Notes under the pieces: model-generated
The model's database searches: none
Told to the model about the DNA's origin: nothing
What the model saw: only the letters and a program-made list of their open reading frames with translations
Translations under genes and position numbers: made by a program
Part shown: in pieces, positions 37,702-48,706 of the stretch
Layout: each line of letters begins with the position of its first letter
Position numbering within the stretch: position 1 is the first letter of the stretch
DNA from: a bacterium
GTDB lineage: Bacteria > JAHJDO01
Assembly: GCA_043824255.1 (NCBI GenBank)
Contig: JBDRTG010000047.1
Coordinates: 256,001 to 320,000, forward strand
DNA: 64,000 nt
Reading direction: 5' to 3'

Positions 37702-37831
37702 GAAATCTAATGAGCTTGAACGTTAGAACGTTATACTAAATTGGTTACTCTCAAATCGTTAAGCTAGTATGTTAAACCAAATATTGTGAAAGAGGTGGAG
37801 TGTGTCATTTTTCAGGGTTTGGGTATATATC

Positions 37832-39427
37832 TCATATTTTAAAAGACCGTTTTCTTAACTTCTTATGATAACTGTGTGCGAATCTGTGAGCTTCATCTCG
37901 AATATGCTGTAATAATTGCAGAGGCTTTGAATTCCTTGGTAAAATTATGGGATTTGATTTACCTCTTACGAAAATATGCTCCCGTTCCTTTGCTAGAGCT
38001 ATTATGGAAATACCATCTATTCCTAACTTATCAATTTCATCTGAGGCTGATGAGAGGTGTCCTCTGCCTCCATCTATTAGAATTAAATCCGGCATTTGGC
38101 CACCCTCATGCAACAGACGAGAATACCTTCTGCGCACTATCTCTCGTATCATGGCATTATCATCTATGCCGCATGTTTGTTTTATCTTAAACTTTCTCCA
38201 GCTATTCTTATCCGGCTCACCGTCTCTAAAACTGACCATTGCTCCTACAGCTTCTTTGCCGCTTATATTAGACACATCAAACCCTTCAATTATATGCGGG
38301 ATAGCGGGACTTTTGAGATTTTTCTCCAGAAATTTTGATTCTAATTTTAACCTTGCGTTCTTGCTGGCCATATTCAGAAGTTCAAATTTGGTTCCTCTTT
38401 TTGGAACATGTACGGCTACTTTATGCCCAATCTTACTTTGTAGCCAATCCTCTATAATAGATTTGTCTTTAATATCAAAAGGAACATTTATTGTTGTGGG
38501 GATAAAACTGGTTTTAGAATAGAATTGTTTGATAAACGATTCCAGTATCTCCGTATCTGAAAACATATTATTAGGTTCCAGCAAGAAGTTCTCTTGCCCA
38601 ATTAACTTCCCCCCTCTAACCATAAGCATACATATGTAAATAGCTTTTTCGTCGCTTTTTGCTATTCCAATGTAATCATTATCCTTGGTAGAAAGTAAAT
38701 TCACTTTTTGTTTCTCTGTGATTTTTTCGATATTTTTTACTTTTTCTCTGAGCTTCACAGCTAATTCATACTGCTGATTCCTGCTGGCTAGTTTCATCTG
38801 TTTCTTTAGGGAGCAAAGAACCTTGTTCATTCTGCCTTCTAAAAACATTCCTACGCTATTGACCAATTTCTGATACTGCTCTCTTGTAATCTTACCTGCA
38901 CACGGGCCACTACATTGTTTCATATAATAATTAAGACACGGCCGCTCTAATTTATGAGAACCTAACTTCTTATTGCAGTTTCTAATTGGAAACAGGTTTT
39001 TGATCAAGCGCAGAGTTTTCTTTACTCCTGCAAGATCAGTATAAGGGCCATAGTAGGTTGCCTCTTTATCCGTAAGGTCTCTTGTAAGACAAATCCTTGG
39101 GAACTCCTCATATTTACTTATCTTTATATAAGGATATTTTTTGCCATCTTTCAATCTGAGGTTAAATTTGGGTTTGTATTCTTTTATTAAGTTGCTTTCT
39201 AGATTTAAGGCTTCTGCAGAAGATTTCGTCACAATATAATCTATATCTGCAATCTCTTTAACTAATTTTGAATTTTTAATTGGATAAATTGGGGATGTTT
39301 GAAAGTATGATCCAACGCGAGCTTTGAGCGATACAGCTTTACCTACATATACGACTTTCTCATTTTTATCTTTAAAAATATATACTCCACAATCAGATGG
39401 GAATATATGTGTTTTTTTTGTAAAAAT
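37832..39427 (-). CDS. uvrC: Excinuclease ABC subunit C; frame open 65 codons above the track's GTG, no canonical start, no C-terminal HhH
   Basis: Upstream extension FPSDCGVYIFKD...YVGKA...RVGSYF (GIY-YIG); KPKFN, YGPY, EGFDVSN, IDGG, RDEAHRFA. Confidence 0.88.
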   Translation of the reverse strand: MFTKKTHIFPSDCGVYIFKDKNEKVVYVGKAVSLKARVGSYFQTSPIYPIKNSKLVKEIADIDYIVTKSSAEALNLESNLIKEYKPKFNLRLKDGKKYPYIKISKYEEFPRICLTRDLTDKEATYYGPYTDLAGVKKTLRLIKNLFPIRNCNKKLGSHKLERPCLNYYMKQCSGPCAGKITREQYQKLVNSVGMFLEGRMNKVLCSLKKQMKLASRNQQYELAVKLREKVKNIEKITEKQKVNLLSTKDNDYIGIAKSDEKAIYICMLMVRGGKLIGQENFLLEPNNMFSDTEILESFIKQFYSKTSFIPTTINVPFDIKDKSIIEDWLQSKIGHKVAVHVPKRGTKFELLNMASKNARLKLESKFLEKNLKSPAIPHIIEGFDVSNISGKEAVGAMVSFRDGEPDKNSWRKFKIKQTCGIDDNAMIREIVRRRYSRLLHEGGQMPDLILIDGGRGHLSSASDEIDKLGIDGISIIALAKEREHIFVRGKSNPIILPRNSKPLQLLQHIRDEAHRFAHSYHKKLRKRSFKI

Positions 39428-40049
39428 CTTTTATAACCTTTATTGCTTCCTGAGAAGTGTCTGCGACATGGAAAATATTTGATTCTTTTTTAGAAATATA
39501 CTTTCGTCTGACAAGTTCTCCATTAATCCATTCAACCAACTCTTTCCAGTATTCCTCTCCTACCAGAATTACAGGAAAAGATTTGATTCTTTTGGTTTGT
39601 ATCAATGTAAGCGCCTCAAAGAATTCATCCATTGTTCCATAACCGCCCGGAAACACAACATATGCAGAAGCATACTTAACAAACATTACCTTTCTGCAAA
39701 AGAAATATCTGAAGTTAAGAAGAGTTTTGACAAACTTGTTTGGCTTTTGTTCTCGTGGTATTTCAATGTTCAATCCTATTGATTCTCCGCCTGCCTTAAA
39801 TGCGCCTTTGTTAGCAGCCTCCATTATTCCAGGCCCGCCGCCGCTAATAATAGCATAACCTTCTTTTACAAGCATCGCTGCTAGTTCTTCAGCTATTTTG
39901 TAATATTTGTCATCAGGTTTTACTCTTGAGGATCCAAAAATGCTTACAGCTTTGCCTACTCTGGATAATGTCTCAAATCCCTCTATAAACTCTGCCATTA
40001 TCCTGAAAACGCGCCATGTATCACCAGATTTAAAATCTTCTATACGCAT
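39393..40049 (-). CDS. LOG family (TIGR00730) Rossmann-fold protein
   Basis: SIFGS, GGGPGIMEAAN, FFCRKVMF, PGGYGTMDE; start MRIED with RBS GAGG. Confidence 0.9.
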   Translation of the reverse strand: MRIEDFKSGDTWRVFRIMAEFIEGFETLSRVGKAVSIFGSSRVKPDDKYYKIAEELAAMLVKEGYAIISGGGPGIMEAANKGAFKAGGESIGLNIEIPREQKPNKFVKTLLNFRYFFCRKVMFVKYASAYVVFPGGYGTMDEFFEALTLIQTKRIKSFPVILVGEEYWKELVEWINGELVRRKYISKKESNIFHVADTSQEAIKVIKDFYKKNTYIPI

Positions 40050-40110
40050 AATAATTGCCTCTTCTCTTCTATTTAAGATATCACATTGCATTAATAAAAG
40101 CAAAGCTCTA

Positions 40111-40139
40111 TTGACAAAACATTCGACGAACCTTATAAT
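40111..40139 (+). promoter_or_regulatory. Consensus sigma70 promoter
   Basis: TTGACA-17nt-TATAAT exact. Confidence 0.8.
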
Positions 40140-40182
40140 TGCTGCCAGTGTATAAAATTATCAAAGAGGGGGGGTGAAACAT

Positions 40183-40656
40183 ATGAAATTAACAGGTACA
40201 GTTCTTACAATTGTATTGGCCATTGTTCTTACGATATCTACATCAGTGGTCTTTGCTGGAGAATTGGAAGCTAAAGGCGATAAGATATTGGGTGACTGCT
40301 GTAAAGCTCTAACATCCTGCGGCGTAGATATGGAAGGGATGAGGGATAAGATGACCTCAGAGGTTAATCCCATTATAGACGAGGCGAAAGCATGTATTAA
40401 GGAATGCAAGAAGAAAATAGCTATTGCTGAAATTGATAAAGATGAAGCTGTAATAGCTGACGCTAAAGCATCTATAATCAAATGCGAAAACGCAATAAAG
40501 GGGTGCAAGAAGGTTAAAGCTACTGCAGGATCTTTGGGTAAAAGAGGAAAACTGCTGAAGGAACTTGCTAGCGAGGGACCTGAAACATTCATGAATAAGA
40601 TAGCAGCTAAGACTAAAAAGGCAGCAGGCAAGGTTAAACTAAAAAAGAAGAAATAG
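40183..40656 (+). CDS. Secreted hypothetical helical protein, Cys-rich, Lys-rich tail
   Basis: SD GGGGTGA, signal peptide MKLTG...VFA, 7 Cys, ends KVKLKKKK. Confidence 0.75.
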   Translation: MKLTGTVLTIVLAIVLTISTSVVFAGELEAKGDKILGDCCKALTSCGVDMEGMRDKMTSEVNPIIDEAKACIKECKKKIAIAEIDKDEAVIADAKASIIKCENAIKGCKKVKATAGSLGKRGKLLKELASEGPETFMNKIAAKTKKAAGKVKLKKKK

Positions 40657-40663
40657 CTTTCTC

Positions 40664-40720
40664 TAATAGGGCTTATATTTTCTAGGTAAAATATTCTGGA
40701 TTTTATAGGCCCTATTCTTT
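40664..40720 (+). terminator. Long imperfect hairpin after the secreted protein gene
   Basis: AATAGGGCTTAT...ATAGGCCCTATT followed by CTTTT. Confidence 0.45.
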
Positions 40721-40733
40721 TGTCTAAATGCGC

Positions 40734-40763
40734 TTGACCCTCTCACAATATTTATGCTAACAT
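40734..40763 (+). promoter_or_regulatory. Putative ATPase operon promoter
   Basis: TTGACC-18nt-TAACAT with extended TG. Confidence 0.45.
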
Positions 40764-40809
40764 AGCGCCACCAGTGTACGTCTTGTCTTATATGTAACAG
40801 GAGATAGTT

Positions 40810-41121
40810 TTGATAGAAGAAGTAATAGAGAAGATAAAACAAGCTGAGCAAAAAGCATCAAAACTTATAGAAAAAGAAAAACAACAAACAAGTGCCAAGC
40901 TGAAAAATGCTCAGAAGAATGCATTAGATTATATTGAAAAGACTGTTGCAAGTGCAAGGCAGGAAGCAAAGAAAATACTGGCAAAAGCTGATATGCAGGC
41001 TAAAAACCAGGTCGAAAAAATACGTGAAAATAATACAGGATATCTATCTAAGCTTGAGCAAAAGGCAAAACTTAAACAAGAAAGCGCTATAAAAATTATC
41101 ATGGAGGAGCTAGTACATTAA
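40810..41121 (+). CDS. ntpF: V/A-type ATPase subunit H/G (peripheral stalk)
   Basis: EVIEKIKQAEQKA coiled coil; first position in the operon. Confidence 0.75.
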   Translation: MIEEVIEKIKQAEQKASKLIEKEKQQTSAKLKNAQKNALDYIEKTVASARQEAKKILAKADMQAKNQVEKIRENNTGYLSKLEQKAKLKQESAIKIIMEELVH

Positions 41122-43070
41122 TGGCTATCTCTCAAATGCAAAAGGTCAACATAATTGGGATCAAATCCCAATGTCAGGATGTTGTCTCTTTCCTGGAATC
41201 ACTCAATCTCATCCAGATTAATCATATTAAGCAATCACAAGCTGAAAAACATAAAGATTTTCTAAAACCGATTCGAGTAAATCCTGACCAATCCAAAAAA
41301 GAGCTTTCTGAACTTCAGTCTACTATAGACTTTTTGTCGCGATTTGGGCAAAAAATAGGTTTTATCTCCAGTTTGATGGGTAGCAAAATCCTGCTATCAG
41401 CTGACGAATTTGAAAAAACAGCCCTAGAATTCGATTATAGAGAAATCCATAAAACTTGTATGCTCATTCAGCAGGAATTGCATAAAACAGAAAGGGAAAT
41501 CGGGGTGCTTCATGCTCAGTATAATCAGCTCATTCCGTGGAAACCCCTCAGCCTTTCTTTAGATACATTAAATATAACGGAGACTATCAAGTATGCATTT
41601 TTAACTGGAACTACTGGCAAATTTGCTTATTTCAAGAACCATATGAGTAAAAAATTCCCTCTCTTACACTGTGAAAAAGCCTCAGACTATCAGGAAACAG
41701 AGAATATTGTAGCCATATATTTCAACGGCCAAGAAAAAGAAATACTTAGCGAATGCAAGAAACTAGGAGTTGAAAGAGTAGACCTATTCAATCTTAAAGG
41801 AACAGTAGATTCAAACCTTGAGAGAATATCCATAGAGTTGGAAAAGCTCAAGGAAAAACATAAAACCCTCAATAAAGACGCGACTGAGCTTACGCCTCAT
41901 TCAGGCAAACTAAAGGTTGCCTACGACTATTTTTTAAGCTTGAACCATAGAACATCCCTGCAGAATAAATTTTTGGAATCAAATGAAACCTTCTTGCTTG
42001 AAGGTTGGTTAAAAAAAGACGGTGTTAAAAAATTTGAAAAACAATTTTCAGAAAGATTTCCAGAATCCAGCGTAATCAAAGTAGCCCCTGCTAAAGGAGA
42101 GTTAGCACCTATATATCTTGAAAACAAGCCTGTACTTAAACCATTTGAGACGGTAACTGACTTATACGGGACTCCGGCAAATACATCTGTTGACCCTACT
42201 CCCTTTATGGCTCCATTCTTTTTCTTGTTTTTTGGATTATGTCTTACAGATGCTGGATATGGTCTTATCTTAAGCACTATTGCTCTTTTAGGCTTATCAA
42301 CAATAGCTCATACGCCAGGTGTTAAAAGATTTTTAAAGCTTATACTATATGCTGGAATATCAACGATTCTCTGCGGAATATTTACAGGAGGCTGGTTTGG
42401 TATAGAGGCAGAAAAACTTCCAGTATTTTTGCAAAAAGTCATCATATTTAGTCCTCTAAAAGATTCAATGCAGTTTTTTATAATAGCCTTGGCTTTGGGA
42501 TTTATTCAACTGTACTGGGGAATACTAATTAAAGCATATAATTGTATTAAAAGCAGAAATTTTGCTGGAGCAATATTCGACCAAATACCATGGCTTATTA
42601 TTATGCCATCACTTCTATTATTAACAATGGGTAAGAGCATGGGAAAATGGCCAGCTTTAGCAGGAGCTGTAGTTATAATTCTCTTCTTTGGAAGAGATCA
42701 AAAAAATCCAATTGCGAGAGTTCTTTCCGGGATAGTAATAGGCTGTCTATGGCTGGGTAAAGACATTGTTGGGAATATACTTTCGTATTCAAGATTGATG
42801 GCTCTGGGATTGTCTACTGCGGTTATTGCGCTGGTTGCAAACAAGTTAGCAGGAATTGCTTTGGGGATTTCTATTCCAGGTGTAAACATACTTCTGGCTA
42901 TTATTGTGCTTTTCATGCTGCATTCACTGAATTTTCTAGTTAATTCACTCGGCGCATATGTTCATTCAAGCAGGCTGCAATATGTGGAATTTTTCCCGTA
43001 TTTTTTTACTTCGGGAGGCGAGCAATTTGAGCCTCTTAGCAAAAACACAAAATATACAATAATTAAATAA
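41121..43070 (+). CDS. ntpI: V/A-type ATPase subunit I
   Basis: MAISQMQK, DPTP, DAGYG, LSYSRLMALGL, HSSRLQYVEFF. Confidence 0.95.
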   Translation: MAISQMQKVNIIGIKSQCQDVVSFLESLNLIQINHIKQSQAEKHKDFLKPIRVNPDQSKKELSELQSTIDFLSRFGQKIGFISSLMGSKILLSADEFEKTALEFDYREIHKTCMLIQQELHKTEREIGVLHAQYNQLIPWKPLSLSLDTLNITETIKYAFLTGTTGKFAYFKNHMSKKFPLLHCEKASDYQETENIVAIYFNGQEKEILSECKKLGVERVDLFNLKGTVDSNLERISIELEKLKEKHKTLNKDATELTPHSGKLKVAYDYFLSLNHRTSLQNKFLESNETFLLEGWLKKDGVKKFEKQFSERFPESSVIKVAPAKGELAPIYLENKPVLKPFETVTDLYGTPANTSVDPTPFMAPFFFLFFGLCLTDAGYGLILSTIALLGLSTIAHTPGVKRFLKLILYAGISTILCGIFTGGWFGIEAEKLPVFLQKVIIFSPLKDSMQFFIIALALGFIQLYWGILIKAYNCIKSRNFAGAIFDQIPWLIIMPSLLLLTMGKSMGKWPALAGAVVIILFFGRDQKNPIARVLSGIVIGCLWLGKDIVGNILSYSRLMALGLSTAVIALVANKLAGIALGISIPGVNILLAIIVLFMLHSLNFLVNSLGAYVHSSRLQYVEFFPYFFTSGGEQFEPLSKNTKYTIIK

Positions 43071-43562
<492 letters not shown>

Positions 43563-43603
43563 AAATTCTTAATTTTAAATTTTTAATTATGAATTAAGCT
43601 ATT

Positions 43604-44209
43604 ATGTCCATTGAAAATATTATAAAAAAAATAGAAGCTGATGCTGAAGCAGAGTGCAAGGTGCTAAGAGATAGAGCATCTCAGGAGATTAAACAGATAC
43701 AGAAACAAGCAAAGAATCAGGCTGAAAAAGAGAGAGAAAACATTCTGAAACATGCAAAAGAGCAAGCAGAAAAAAACATGAATAAGGCTGTTGTTTCTGC
43801 GAATCTTGAGTGCAGGATTAAGTCATTGAAAGTTAAGCAGGATATAATCTCACTATGTTTTGAAAAAGCATACAATGAAACACTTAAGTTGCCTACCTCA
43901 GATTATTTAGGATTAATAGAGCTGAAGTTATTGAAACTTACAGAAATCGGAGATGAAAAGGTGATATTTGGAGACCTGCACAGAGAAAAGTTCAATAGTG
44001 ATTTTATAAATCAAATAAATAAGAAACTAGTTTCAGGAGGAAAAAAGGGAAGGCTTTGTATTTCAAATGCTTCAAGACCCATAAAGGCTGGTTTCATCTT
44101 GATAAAAGAGAAACAAGAGATCAACGTATCCTTAGAACAATTAATTAAGATGCTAAGGCATAAATTACTAATAAAAATAAACAACGTTCTATTTGGACAG
44201 CAGGTATAA
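43604..44209 (+). CDS. ntpE: V/A-type ATPase subunit E
   Basis: MSIENIIKKI coiled coil, GFIL; operon position. Confidence 0.88.
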   Translation: MSIENIIKKIEADAEAECKVLRDRASQEIKQIQKQAKNQAEKERENILKHAKEQAEKNMNKAVVSANLECRIKSLKVKQDIISLCFEKAYNETLKLPTSDYLGLIELKLLKLTEIGDEKVIFGDLHREKFNSDFINQINKKLVSGGKKGRLCISNASRPIKAGFILIKEKQEINVSLEQLIKMLRHKLLIKINNVLFGQQV

Positions 44210-45237
44210 TGTTTATTGATAAAGCCTCATACGTAGAATATAATCCCGAATATTTGTTTGCTGTAGGCAAGCTAAGGGTCCATGAGAGAAAACTCATTAA
44301 TAAGGCAACTCTTACCCAACTTGTTGAATGTAACGGCTTTGGGGAACTGGTTTCCATACTAAGCGAGAGAAATTATTCAGATAACATATCCTCTGTAGAA
44401 AAGCCTGAGGATTTAGAAAATCTAATATTTGACGAAATGTCAAACACTATAGGTGAGATAAAAAAACTGTCTCATGATGATGAAGCAACCAATTTATATC
44501 TATTCAGATATGATATGCAAAACCTGAAACTCCTGATAAAGGCTGGAAAAAATTCTGAAGATATTAACCATGCTCTGCTCTATAGAAGCATAATAGATAC
44601 TGAGAATCTTGAGGATTCAATAAAGGAAGAAATCTTTTATGTATTTCCGGAGTCTCTAAGAGACAAAATAAAGACAATATGGCTTGAAGAAGTACAACAA
44701 GGGAACCTTCAGGAAGCTGAAATTCTCCTGGATAAATTGTGGCTGGAAACAGGGTATTGTTACATGAAAGATAGTGGGCAAATATTTCTGCGGGATTTCT
44801 TTTCTGTATTAATTGATCTATATAACCTTAAGTTAATCTTTAGAACTAAAGTTATGAGCTATGATTCAGAGAGAGTCCATGGATACATTGCAGAAGGAGG
44901 TTTTATTGACAAATCCGTCATCTCAAACTCCTGTAACATGGAATTAGAAAGAATAGTAAAATCCTTTCAATCCTCAGATTATAATAAAATTCTTAAACCA
45001 GGAGTTGAACATTTCCAAAGATATAATTCTTTCTGGAAGTTTGAGCAGTTATGCAACGATTTTCTGATAGAATTCGTAGATATTGTAAAATTCTTGGTTG
45101 CCAGTGTGTCAGTCCTCATACGATATCTGGTAATTAAAGAAATTGAGCTTAAAAATCTGAGAGCTATTTTAATCGGAAAAAATAATGGGCTTTCAGTTGG
45201 ACAAATCAGCCAAAATTTAGGGTGCGCGTATGCCTAG
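44209..45237 (+). CDS. ntpC: V/A-type ATPase subunit C
   Basis: RYDMQNLK, IDLYNL, KEIELKNLRAILIGK. Confidence 0.88.
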   Translation: MFIDKASYVEYNPEYLFAVGKLRVHERKLINKATLTQLVECNGFGELVSILSERNYSDNISSVEKPEDLENLIFDEMSNTIGEIKKLSHDDEATNLYLFRYDMQNLKLLIKAGKNSEDINHALLYRSIIDTENLEDSIKEEIFYVFPESLRDKIKTIWLEEVQQGNLQEAEILLDKLWLETGYCYMKDSGQIFLRDFFSVLIDLYNLKLIFRTKVMSYDSERVHGYIAEGGFIDKSVISNSCNMELERIVKSFQSSDYNKILKPGVEHFQRYNSFWKFEQLCNDFLIEFVDIVKFLVASVSVLIRYLVIKEIELKNLRAILIGKNNGLSVGQISQNLGCAYA

Positions 45238-45538
45238 TATTGCAGCAATTGGTAAATCAGATATAGTTTCTGTATTCTCTGCGTTTGGCATAAGCGCCTT
45301 TCCGATAGATAGTTCAGAAGATGCAGTGTTAAAACTTAATGAACTGGTTTCGCTAAACACTGATGTTGTTTTCATCACAGAAGAGCTGGCAAGCCAGATT
45401 ATACATGTAATTTCTGAGATAAACATAAAGACTCAAACCAGTATTACTGTTATCCCTGACCATAAAGGTTCAAAGGGACTAGCAACAGCAATAATTAAAG
45501 ATACTGTAAAAGAAGCAATAGGAATGGATATTATATGA
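45230..45538 (+). CDS. ntpG: V/A-type ATPase subunit F
   Basis: IAAIG, FITE, IP, AIGMDI. Confidence 0.88.
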   Translation: MPSIAAIGKSDIVSVFSAFGISAFPIDSSEDAVLKLNELVSLNTDVVFITEELASQIIHVISEINIKTQTSITVIPDHKGSKGLATAIIKDTVKEAIGMDII

Positions 45539-47307
45539 ACGGCAAAATAATAAAAGTTTCAGGGCCTCTGGTCTTAGCAGACTGTATGCAAGACGCAAGA
45601 ATGTTCGACCTGGTAAAAGTAGGGAATAAGAAGCTCATCGGAGAGATAATAGAATTAAGAGGCGATGTAGCCTCTATTCAGGTATATGAAGAAACAGCAG
45701 GAATTGGTCCGGATGAACCCGTTATATCAACGGGTAGACCTTTAAGCGTAGAATTGGGGCCTGGATTAATAGAATCAATATATGACGGTATCCAACGTCC
45801 TTTGGATATACTGATGGAGAAAACAGGGGAATACATTACCAGAGGTGTTTCTGCCCCGGGAATTGACCGCAACAAAAAATGGCATTTTGTGCCGTCTGCA
45901 AAGGAAGGAGACACTGTGCGTTATGGAGACGCAATTGGAACAGTTCAGGAAACAAACACAGTTATCCATAAAATCATGGTACCTTCAGGGAGGGAAGGTA
46001 AAATAGAAAAAATTACAGAGGGTAAGTTCGCTGTTGAAGATACAGTTGCAGTAATTAAAACTGACAAAGGGACTAAGAACATTACAATGCTGCAATACTG
46101 GCCTGTAAGAATCCCAAGACCATATCAGAAGAAGTTAGTGCCTGATACTCCTCTTATTACAGGTCAGCGAGTGATTGACACATTTTTCCCAATTGCGAGA
46201 GGAGGCACTGCTTGTATTCCAGGTCCTTTTGGCAGTGGGAAAACTGTCGTTCAGCATCAACTTGCAAAATGGTCGGATGCAGAGATTATTGTCTATATAG
46301 GATGCGGAGAACGCGGCAATGAAATGACAGACGTATTAATGGAATTTCCGCAGCTTAAGGATCCAAAGACAGGGAACCCGTTAATGAAAAGAACTGTGCT
46401 TATAGCCAATACATCCAACATGCCTGTTGCTGCAAGAGAAGCTTCTATATATACAGGAGTAACAATAGCTGAATATTACCGCGATATGGGATATAACGTT
46501 GCGGTAATGGCCGATTCTACCTCCAGATGGGCAGAAGCGTTAAGAGAAATGTCCGGCAGACTTGAAGAGATGCCCGGAGAAGAGGGATATCCGGCATATC
46601 TGCCCGCAAAACTTGCTGAATTCTATGAACGGGCAGGCAGAGTGATCTGTAAAGGCACAGATTCCAGAGAGGGTACATTAAGCATAATCGGTGCTGTATC
46701 ACCTCCGGGAGGCGACCTTTCCGACCCGGTTGTTCAGGGAACACTGAAGGTTGTTAAAGTTTTTTGGGCACTGGAGGATAAACTGGCATACAGACGTCAT
46801 TTTCCTGCAATAAGCTGGATCAATAGTTATTCTTTATATCTTGATAATATCCATGATTTCTTAAAAGAAAATTTAGGCGAAGACTGGATGAAAATGCATC
46901 AGGAAGGCATGAAACTTCTCCAGCAGGAAACTGACCTTCAGGAAATCGTACGGCTTGTCGGGCTGGATACTCTTTCTACCTCTGACCGACTTATTCTTGA
47001 TACTGCAAAGTCTATAAGAGAAGATTTCCTGCATCAAAACGCATTTCATGAGATAGATACTTACACATCCCTTAAGAAGCAATACCGCATGCTGAAACTA
47101 ATTATGATGCTTCATGAAAAATGCATTCAGGCAGTAGGCGAGGGAACACCTATAGAATCACTGACCAACCTGAAAATCAGAGAAGATATATCGCGAATGC
47201 GGTTTATTGAGGAGAAAAAACTTGATAAGTTCTCTGAGCTGGAGCGCAGAGTAGAGGAAGAAATAAGCCAGCTTACAGTGGAGAGTAAGCCACAAGCGGA
47301 GTTATAA
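45535..47307 (+). CDS. ntpA: V/A-type ATPase subunit A
   Basis: [37 protein letters not shown]. Confidence 0.97.
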   Translation: MNGKIIKVSGPLVLADCMQDARMFDLVKVGNKKLIGEIIELRGDVASIQVYEETAGIGPDEPVISTGRPLSVELGPGLIESIYDGIQRPLDILMEKTGEYITRGVSAPGIDRNKKWHFVPSAKEGDTVRYGDAIGTVQETNTVIHKIMVPSGREGKIEKITEGKFAVEDTVAVIKTDKGTKNITMLQYWPVRIPRPYQKKLVPDTPLITGQRVIDTFFPIARGGTACIPGPFGSGKTVVQHQLAKWSDAEIIVYIGCGERGNEMTDVLMEFPQLKDPKTGNPLMKRTVLIANTSNMPVAAREASIYTGVTIAEYYRDMGYNVAVMADSTSRWAEALREMSGRLEEMPGEEGYPAYLPAKLAEFYERAGRVICKGTDSREGTLSIIGAVSPPGGDLSDPVVQGTLKVVKVFWALEDKLAYRRHFPAISWINSYSLYLDNIHDFLKENLGEDWMKMHQEGMKLLQQETDLQEIVRLVGLDTLSTSDRLILDTAKSIREDFLHQNAFHEIDTYTSLKKQYRMLKLIMMLHEKCIQAVGEGTPIESLTNLKIREDISRMRFIEEKKLDKFSELERRVEEEISQLTVESKPQAEL

Positions 47308-48687
47308 ATGCAAAAAGAATATTTGACTGTTAGAGAGATAGTTGGACCGCTTATTCTTGTAGAGGATATCAAAGGTGTAAAATACGATGAGCTAATAGAA
47401 ATTGGCTTGCCAAGTGGGGAGATAAGACAGGGAAAGGTTTTGGAAATTTCAACTGACAAAGCTCTTATACAGGTATTTGAGGGCACAAGCGGAATAGATA
47501 TAGCTAAAACCCGCGTGAAATTTTTGGGTAAAGGAATAGAGCTTCCTGTTTCAGAGGATTTGATGGGTAGAGTCTTTGACGGGCTGGGCAAACCAATGGA
47601 TGACGGTCCGGAAATAATTCCTGAAAAATATCTGGATATAAACGGCAATCCCATTAATCCATATGCGCGTGATTATCCATCTGAGTTTATTCAAACCGGG
47701 ATATCTGCAATAGACGGTCTGAACACTCTGGTAAGAGGACAGAAACTGCCTATTTTTTCCGGATCCGGACTTCCGCATTCCCAGGTTGCCGCTCAGATTG
47801 CAAGACAGGCAAAGGTTGTTGGCAAAGAGGAAAAATTCGCTGTTGTTTTTGCTGCTATTGGCATAACCTTTGAAGAAGCAGATTTCTTTATTTCGGATTT
47901 CAGAAGAACAGGAGCTATAGAACGAACAGTCCTGTTCATAAACCTTGCTGATGACCCTGCCATTGAGAGAATTGCTACTCCGCGTGTTGCACTAACAGCA
48001 GCAGAATATCTGGCATTTGAGAGAGGTATGCATGTGCTGGTTATATTAACGGACATGACAAATTATTGCGAAGCATTACGTTCTGTATCTGCAGCCAGAA
48101 AGGAAGTTCCCGGAAGAAGAGGATATCCGGGTTATATGTATACTGATCTTGCTTCAATCTATGAAAGGGCAGGTAGAATTAAAAATAAAAGAGGATCCAT
48201 TACTCAGATTCCTATTCTGACCATGCCTGACGATGATAAAACACATCCCATACCGGATTTGACAGGTTACATTACAGAGGGACAGATTATACTGAATAGA
48301 AGTCTTCATAAAAAGGGGATATCTCCTCCTATTGATGTTCTTCCGTCACTTTCAAGGTTGAAGGATAAAGGGATTGGTAAAGAGAAAACACGAGAAGACC
48401 ATGCTGATGTTTTTAATCAGCTTTTTGCTGCTTATGCAAGTGGTAAGGAAGCGCAGGAACTTGCAATTATTCTTGGAGAATCCGCTTTGAGCGATATAGA
48501 TAAATTATATTTTAAGTTTTCAGACGAGTTTGAAAAACGCTATGTGGGTCAGGGATACGATGAGAATAGAACCATAGACCAAACACTTGACCTGGGATGG
48601 GAACTCCTCTCAATGCTGCCAAAATCAGAACTAAAGAGAATAAGACCTGAATATATAGAGAAATATCTTAAGAGTAAATCCAAGTAG
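47308..48687 (+). CDS. ntpB: V/A-type ATPase subunit B
   Basis: [40 protein letters not shown]. Confidence 0.97.
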   Translation: MQKEYLTVREIVGPLILVEDIKGVKYDELIEIGLPSGEIRQGKVLEISTDKALIQVFEGTSGIDIAKTRVKFLGKGIELPVSEDLMGRVFDGLGKPMDDGPEIIPEKYLDINGNPINPYARDYPSEFIQTGISAIDGLNTLVRGQKLPIFSGSGLPHSQVAAQIARQAKVVGKEEKFAVVFAAIGITFEEADFFISDFRRTGAIERTVLFINLADDPAIERIATPRVALTAAEYLAFERGMHVLVILTDMTNYCEALRSVSAARKEVPGRRGYPGYMYTDLASIYERAGRIKNKRGSITQIPILTMPDDDKTHPIPDLTGYITEGQIILNRSLHKKGISPPIDVLPSLSRLKDKGIGKEKTREDHADVFNQLFAAYASGKEAQELAIILGESALSDIDKLYFKFSDEFEKRYVGQGYDENRTIDQTLDLGWELLSMLPKSELKRIRPEYIEKYLKSKSK

Positions 48688-48706
48688 GCATGCGAATTGT
48701 GTCCAT

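Noticed and set aside
37876..38522. Plus-strand ORFs of 80-191 aa
   Set aside because: Antisense shadows of uvrC; the same applies to 47127..47654, 55308..55982 and 40161..40631.
40145..40778. CCAGTGTA just downstream of two neighbouring promoters (40145, 40771)
   Set aside because: Only 8 nt in two copies; insufficient evidence of a motif.
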